64,000 bases of DNA from Elsinoe ampelina (Eukaryota). The notes under the pieces were generated by a model that made no database searches, was not told the DNA's origin, and saw nothing but the letters and a program-made list of their open reading frames with translations. How positions within the stretch are numbered: the first letter of the stretch is position 1; every line of letters begins with the position of its first letter. The stretch lies in assembly GCA_010093995.1 (NCBI GenBank), contig ML992502.1:2364728-2428727 (forward strand), in the 5' to 3' direction. The translations under genes and the position numbers were made by a program. Below, one piece after another: positions 57,467 to 64,000 of this stretch.

Positions 57467-60400
57467 ATATTATATAGACCTTATAATTTGTCTACTATAT
57501 CTAGAAAATTATACAAGGTCGCTAGAATATATATATTACTTTATATTCTACCTAATACTACTCTTAATAATAATATATATACTATCTTCTTATAATTCTA
57601 TATCCTTATCCCTTAGTTCTATAAAAGTATCTCTATCTAGTAGATGTCTATCCTCCTTAATGTCTAAGATACTACTACTATACTTTAGGCCAATTTAGTA
57701 CTATAAGACTAGTTTACGTAGTAGACCTCTAAACTTCTTATATACGAAGGATAAAAAGTTTATCTACGTCTATGTACCTAAGAAATCCTTCTACTATGCC
57801 TCGACTACTAGTAAATTGCTATTAAGTTATCTATCTTAGGATAGTATAGCACGCGTATAATTAAGTAGCCTAGGTAAATGTCGCTATTAAGTCTATTAAT
57901 CCTCGTATATATTAACTACGACCTAACTTAGTTTAGTAGTAGTTAAAGTTATAACAAGGTTACTATCTATATTAGACATCTATACTAGCTATACTTCTAT
58001 CGTAGGAGTTACTATAGAGTAATTTAGTACTTTGCTTCTACACGCGAACTAAGTAGTACCTTAATACGCTATAATAGAGTATTTAGCCTTAATTAGACAC
58101 TCTTCTTAATCTATTAGTATTAAACTTAAGAAGCTAATAGAAGAATTAAGCTTACCTCTTAAAAGGTACTTAGTAGAAGCATTTCGTACCGGTGCTATAT
58201 AATAGCTATTACCTTTACTATTAGGCCTATTATTATATACCTAACTTCTCTATAAGTTAGTTCGAAGTTAGGTAGGCTAAACTAAAACGAGAAGGTATAT
58301 ATGTACCTTTCCCTCGTATCCTTTCTATCTAATAGTTCCTCTATAGTATTAGTATAAAGAGATATATTTAACACTACTACTATAATAGTAAGTCTATTTC
58401 TCTTAACGCACTTAGTAAAGCTAAGTTTTAGCTAATAAAGGATAAGAATCTATCTCGGGCTAATCTACACTAGGAAGTTATTCTAAATGCTTAGTCGGAC
58501 ATAATTAAGTTCTAAAGGTTCTATATGTTTAAATACTAGTATTTCCTTAGGTAAGTAGGACTTAACTCTATCTACTTACTTAACTAAGAGTATATAAATC
58601 GTTACTAGGAGGGAGAAAATAAGAAAGAGTATTAGTTTATTAAAGTAATAGCAAGTGCTAGCTATTATAGCTAAGCCTATATATCTAATAAAGGCTACTT
58701 AGAAGGCTTTATATATTAAAGAACTTCTAAAGCATTTACGCTACTATATATAAGTAATTAATTAATAAGTATATCTAGCGTATACTAAATCGCTATCCTT
58801 GCATTAGTACTTTCTTTCCTCTAGTAGCCTACGTGTCTAATTCGGTAGCTTACTATTCTCTAGCCCCTTAGCTAGCTATTCGTAGTAGAGTATCTTACTT
58901 ACTATTTGTGTAATATTGTTATAACTATAGTAGAGTGCCTCTCGGAGCTATATATATATTAATAAGTAATTAGCTTTAGCTACGTAATTTACCTTACTAG
59001 CTATAACTATAGAAGAGTATTTGCCTATAGTCCTCTATAGATAAAGTACTAGTAGCCGGTCACGGACTAAGCGCTAGTACTATATAATTCGTAGAAGTAG
59101 CTATTAATTGTCTAATGTTAGTAACATTGTATTATAATCTACTTCGATAGCTATACTTATATATAGATCGTTACGTACTGCCTTAAAAATGTTAAGATAC
59201 TAGTTTAGTACGTTCTATTGCCTCTACTTTACTATCTTAACTAGCATAGAGACTAATATTAGGCTATTCTTGTCGGGTTATAGCTCTCTTAAACTTAGAT
59301 CGAGAGTAGCAATGTCTAATTTATGCCTTCTCCTTCGTCTTTAATGTTATATTTATAGCCTACGTAGTTAGCTTAGTCTCCCTTAATGCTAAAGTCTTAC
59401 TCTACTTTATCCTAGTTAAAATAACCTAAATTGTTATCTTCGGAATACTTATTAGTCTTATAGTCTAAGCTATATAGGCGCTAACGTGCCTAAGACATCT
59501 TAGTTTATAATAGTTCTAATAAAGAGATATATAGGTATAAGAGAGTTAGTAAGGCAGGCCGGAATAATACATGCTATAAGGGGGATAGATAGTTATCTTA
59601 TGTGCGTTATAGTAACTTAGCGTTAGTTCAAGTTAGATAATAGCTTAGTTAGGTGTTTAGAGTGCGTAACTTTCTTCTAATTAGAATTAGTTATATCTGC
59701 CTATACCCTAAAGTGATCTTAACTAGTAAGAGTATTAAATTAGACTTATAGCTAGGACTAACTTACGGAGTGCTAATTGCTAGAAGCTAAACTAAAAAAG
59801 AAAGCTACTTAAACTTACTCGGACTAAATACTTAAACTAAATATAGTATTTGTTATTAGGTTAAGTAATAATTAGAGTAGAAATACGTAGAGAGAAATTA
59901 TAGATTAAACTTAGACCGAGCAATTATATACTAATTTAAAAGACTATAGGAACTAGCTATTATATATATAGACAGGTAGTACAATTTATATAGTAGCTCC
60001 CTTATTAATTACGTTAGTAGTTCTCTCTTTGCCGAGTAGTATATCTTCTAAGTGCTAAAAGTATTAATTACTTACTATCTCGCTGTCTAGAGTGTCCGAA
60101 TAAGACATACTAGATAGAGTAGCTTATCTTCTACTAATTATATCGTAATAGAGGGCAGGCGTCGATTAGCTATTAGTAACTATATATAGTAATAGTAGAG
60201 TAGTACTATTAGTATAGCGTTATATACTCTTATTTAATCCGAATAAGCCCCTTAATACTCTACTAGTAAGGTCCGTAGAGGCGACGCTAAACGTGTAAAA
60301 AGCTTTACTAATGTACTTCCTAAGTATATTATTCTCTTACTAGAGTTATCCGATTAAGCTTATATTCTTCTCCGCTATTAATTGCAATTAGCCTACTTCC

Positions 60401-63400
60401 TACTAAACAAGTGTAATATCTTCCTCTAGGAGTTACTATCTATTAAGCTATTTAGGCTACTAGGTCCTATATCGCTTTTACTAGCTACTAATGTAATTAT
60501 ACTCTTCTTCGTACGTATATAGTAGAGAGCTTCTAATTTAAGCCTCTAGCTAGTTAGGGAGACTGTTAGAAGACTATACTTTAACACCTAAATAGATAAG
60601 AGAAGCCTATATACTTAATCCTATAGTCTAGATGTTAGCCGCTAGAGAAACAAGGTTAGTATAATTAATATCTATACTTAGGAGCCTAGCCGAAAGATAC
60701 TAATAGATCTAATAGATTAATAGTAGAAGGATAGATAAGTAATTCTAAAGGGCGATTTAGTTAAAAGATAAGGAAGGATAAAGCGTAGTAAACGAACTAA
60801 AACTCTAGGGTTTAGTAGTAGGTATAGCTTAGCGTAGATTACTCTACTACTTTTTAGTTCGACTTAGTCTACTACTAGACTATTCTCCTTTATACTTGCT
60901 TCGGCTAGATACTTTCCTTAATCTTATTACCTTATTAGGATATAAAGAGGTAAACTATATAATATCTTAGATAAGATAATAGTCTTAAACTAGATAGTAT
61001 TCTCTATTATAGCGAAATGTAGCGTTCTATTATCCTTTTAACCTATAACATCGCTTTGCTTATTGTATATATAGTAGTCCGTTATAATTAATATTACTCT
61101 TAGCTAATCGAACTTAATATCTATATCCTTCTTAGACATAGTAGTTGTAGCTTTATAATATATAAGTAGAAGATCTCTAATCGAGTAGATAGGATATATC
61201 TCTCTATCCTTACGAACTACTAATAGTATATTATCTAGTTAATTAGAGAGTAAAGGCGCTTATAATTACAATTAGCAATTCGAGAATTTGTTTAAGGTAA
61301 GTGTATTAGCACTATTCTATACTCCTCTAGGCTTATATAATCTTAAGTATAACTATACCCGCTAATATCTAAAATTAGTACTTATCTTATAGATAAGAGC
61401 ACGGAAGGTAGCTTAACTATTGCTACTCTCTAAGAGCTCTATTATACGCCGAAATATGTACCGAATGTTATTACTATCTAGTGCTACTAGAAGTACCTTC
61501 TTCTCTAACCTTCTCCTATTAGAAATTGACCTAAATGTTCTTCTAACTATGCCTTTACCTATTATAATATTCTCTAAGAGACTATATAAGTCTCTATAGC
61601 CTTTATCGTTAAGGGCGAGAGCTTGCTTAATAGCTTTAATTAAGCATATTACTAGTTAATAAGAAGTAGATATAGATATAGCTACGGAGAGGAGAAGAGA
61701 GTAGAAGAGTAGCAGTATAGGTAGCAATTCGGTGTAAGTGTTACTTACGATAGATAAGCCTTAGATCTTAATTTACTTACGAGAGAGATATACTAGAATT
61801 ATACTTAGTTATAATTAGTTAGCCTAAACTAACACTTGTAGAACTATAAAGTTTAACGCGCTAAACTTTATCTCCTCTTAGTTTTATTATATGCTTATTA
61901 TATAGCGATATAACTACATTATAAATACGATTTGTAATAACGCTTTAGTTCGCGCTCTTCGCTTACACCGACCTAAATATAGGCATTAGCGTCCCTAGTG
62001 TAACCTTTTCTCTCCTCTCTATCTAACCTTAATAATAGCTAGCTATCTATTATAGCAGATCCCCTACCTAGTATACTATAATTATCTATTGCTATATATA
62101 TAATAGCGACTCTAATATTTACTCCTGCTTTACCGTCGCTACTACTTCTAATAGTATTCTCTATACTAGCTATATTATATTTATAGAATTAACTACTGCT
62201 AGTACCTAGTAGTTACGCCGGAGCAAATCTATTATAGTATACCTCTCTATCTTGCCTACTACGCCGCTATAGGCTTAAGAGTGTATAAGGAGACTCCGAT
62301 ACCTCTTTCTCTCTCCCCGCTACTACTACCCTCTATAGCTTCCTTTACACTAGCTATGTATTATTAGTAGAATTAGCTACTATCTTTACCTAGTAGCTAC
62401 GACTAAGCGAATCTATCGTAGAGCATCTCCTAATCTTATAGATAGCGCTACTAGGGGTTTTAGCGTATATAAAGAGAGTAGAGAAGCTAGCGTCTACTAG
62501 GAATTACCTACCTTATAGTATAAGAATATTAAGGGGAGAATTGCGGAGGAATAACTAGTATAACAAAGAGGAAGAGATAGAGGTATATTGTAGGCAAAGA
62601 TACGTCTACTACCTCCTACTAGATAGTAGCTTACTATAGAGAGCGTTATAGGCGAAGCTATATTAGTAGTATTCTCTTTTATAATTACTTTTATAGCGGA
62701 GTTTTATTATTAGTAGCGCTTTATTATAACTTTCTTACGTTAGTAATGTACTTCTTTCTATATAGATTATATACCTATCGCTTTAATCCCTCTCCTCTAA
62801 CTAGTAAACAAAATCTCCTTGTCTAATATATATAAGTATACTATATATCTTTCTTTATTCCTTGTTATTTGTCTTGTCTTCTATCTACTATAAAGACATT
62901 AAGGTTGTTACTTTATATAATAATACTCTTTGTTAAATAGTCTACTAGCTGTTTAGAGCATATATAACTTTATATATAGTACTAATATATAAGTGTTTAG
63001 TATAGTTAATTACTTTAATACTAATTTTCTACAATAATTAGTACTTATAACATCCTCCGATAGCTATGTTTTGTTTGCTTATCTAATTTATACTCTATAA
63101 TATTTGTTAGTAGTAAACTAACTTATTTACTTTTAGTTCTAGCATCGACCTAATATTAGTAATTATTACATGTTACTATTAGCACGTACGAAATATAGAC
63201 TTAGTTAACCTAGTTTACTTTTAAGTTAAGGCCCGAACTAGATCTTAGTTATAAGTATACTACTTACTTTAGTATACTATCTTAAATACAAATTTTATTA
63301 TATTTAAGAAGTTACTACCTACTTTCCGTATAGCATTTTAATATTATACTAGGTAGTAGGTATTTATAATTGCTACTATTTACTCTATAGTACTTAACTT

Positions 63401-64000
63401 ACTACGCTTAGTTCCTAGCTATATAATCTTAACTCCTCTAACCTTACCTACCTTATATAACACCTTTACTAGTAGATATTCTTACACTTATTAAATATAT
63501 ATAATAGTACTATGCTACTAAAGACGAAGAAGCTAAAGGTCGCTACTAAACCTATAGAAAAGATTCTACTTAATAACCTTATACTAGCTCTTATTAAGAA
63601 TATATTTTATAATAATAATATTAGTAAGAAATCTATCTAATTCTTCTTTAATTAAGACAACTAGTAATACTCTACTATATTTACAAGGATAAAGGAAATA
63701 ATCTTAAAAGTCTTTATAGAATCTAATATTAAAATTGAGAAACAAGATAAGAGTAAGTTATATAATCCTAAGGTACTTAAAGCACGCCTTAAAATTGAAA
63801 CTAGACTACTAAATAGCACGCCTAACGATTTCTAGCTCTTTGTCGACTAACTAGATTAGAAAGATCTAGACTAGTTTAAGGAGAACTTATAGACTATAGT
63901 TAATATTAATAAGATAAAAGCTATATAGCAATTATTCCGAAATACTATATAATTAATAAGAGCAAATCTTCTATTAGTTAAAAGAGAAAAGACAATATTA

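Larger units (their letters stand above)
50000..64000. repeat. AT-rich, RIP-degenerated repeat block
   Basis: Abrupt GC drop near 50,000; extreme TpA excess with CpA/TpG depletion; recognisable proteins carry TAG/TAA at Trp/Gln codons and Tyr at Cys/His codons. Confidence 0.95.

Noticed and set aside
57467..60800. Specific assignment as Starship captain (DUF3435) or HET gene
   Set aside because: Manual translation gave no diagnostic motif; left unidentified.
42490..64000. Idea that the nearby deaminase caused the C>T-saturated block
   Set aside because: The pattern is repeat-restricted with TpA bias, fully explained by canonical RIP; proximity alone is not evidence.

Overview
Fungal (filamentous ascomycete) genomic DNA with spliceosomal GT-AG introns and CTRAC branch sites. 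Positions 1-49,700 are gene-dense and GC-balanced. They carry a >2,100-aa repetitive Ser/Gly/Pro/Thr-rich protein (5'-truncated), a DsbA-like fragment, GH35 beta-galactosidase, an F-box protein, PRP22, an MDR dehydrogenase, a Zip2/SHOC1-like meiotic XPF-domain protein, FIP1, NUP49, a small secreted protein, a decayed RecQ-type helicase relic and a Cys-rich Zn-binding protein. They continue with GMF/Aim7, a MoCF/CinA-like protein, Ras1, a ferric reductase, a GH13 alpha-amylase, a frameshifted Zn-finger-ankyrin-deaminase gene, a scytalone-dehydratase-like gene, a conserved secreted protein and a siderophore-type MFS transporter with two ATCAGATAA boxes. From about 50,000 to the end the DNA is an AT-rich block with a RIP signature. 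It contains a full-length Ty3/Gypsy chromovirus (50448-57466, minus strand, 463-bp LTRs, ATATT TSD) nested in an older, unidentified RIP-degenerated multi-gene repeat. Top leads are (1) the ankyrin-SsdA/DYW-like Zn deaminase, (2) a RIP-masked antisense Zn2Cys6-coiled-coil ORF inside the retrotransposon, and (3) a secreted ART-fold-like protein sharing a putative iron-regulated promoter with the transporter. All family calls are motif recognition by eye; no searches were run.
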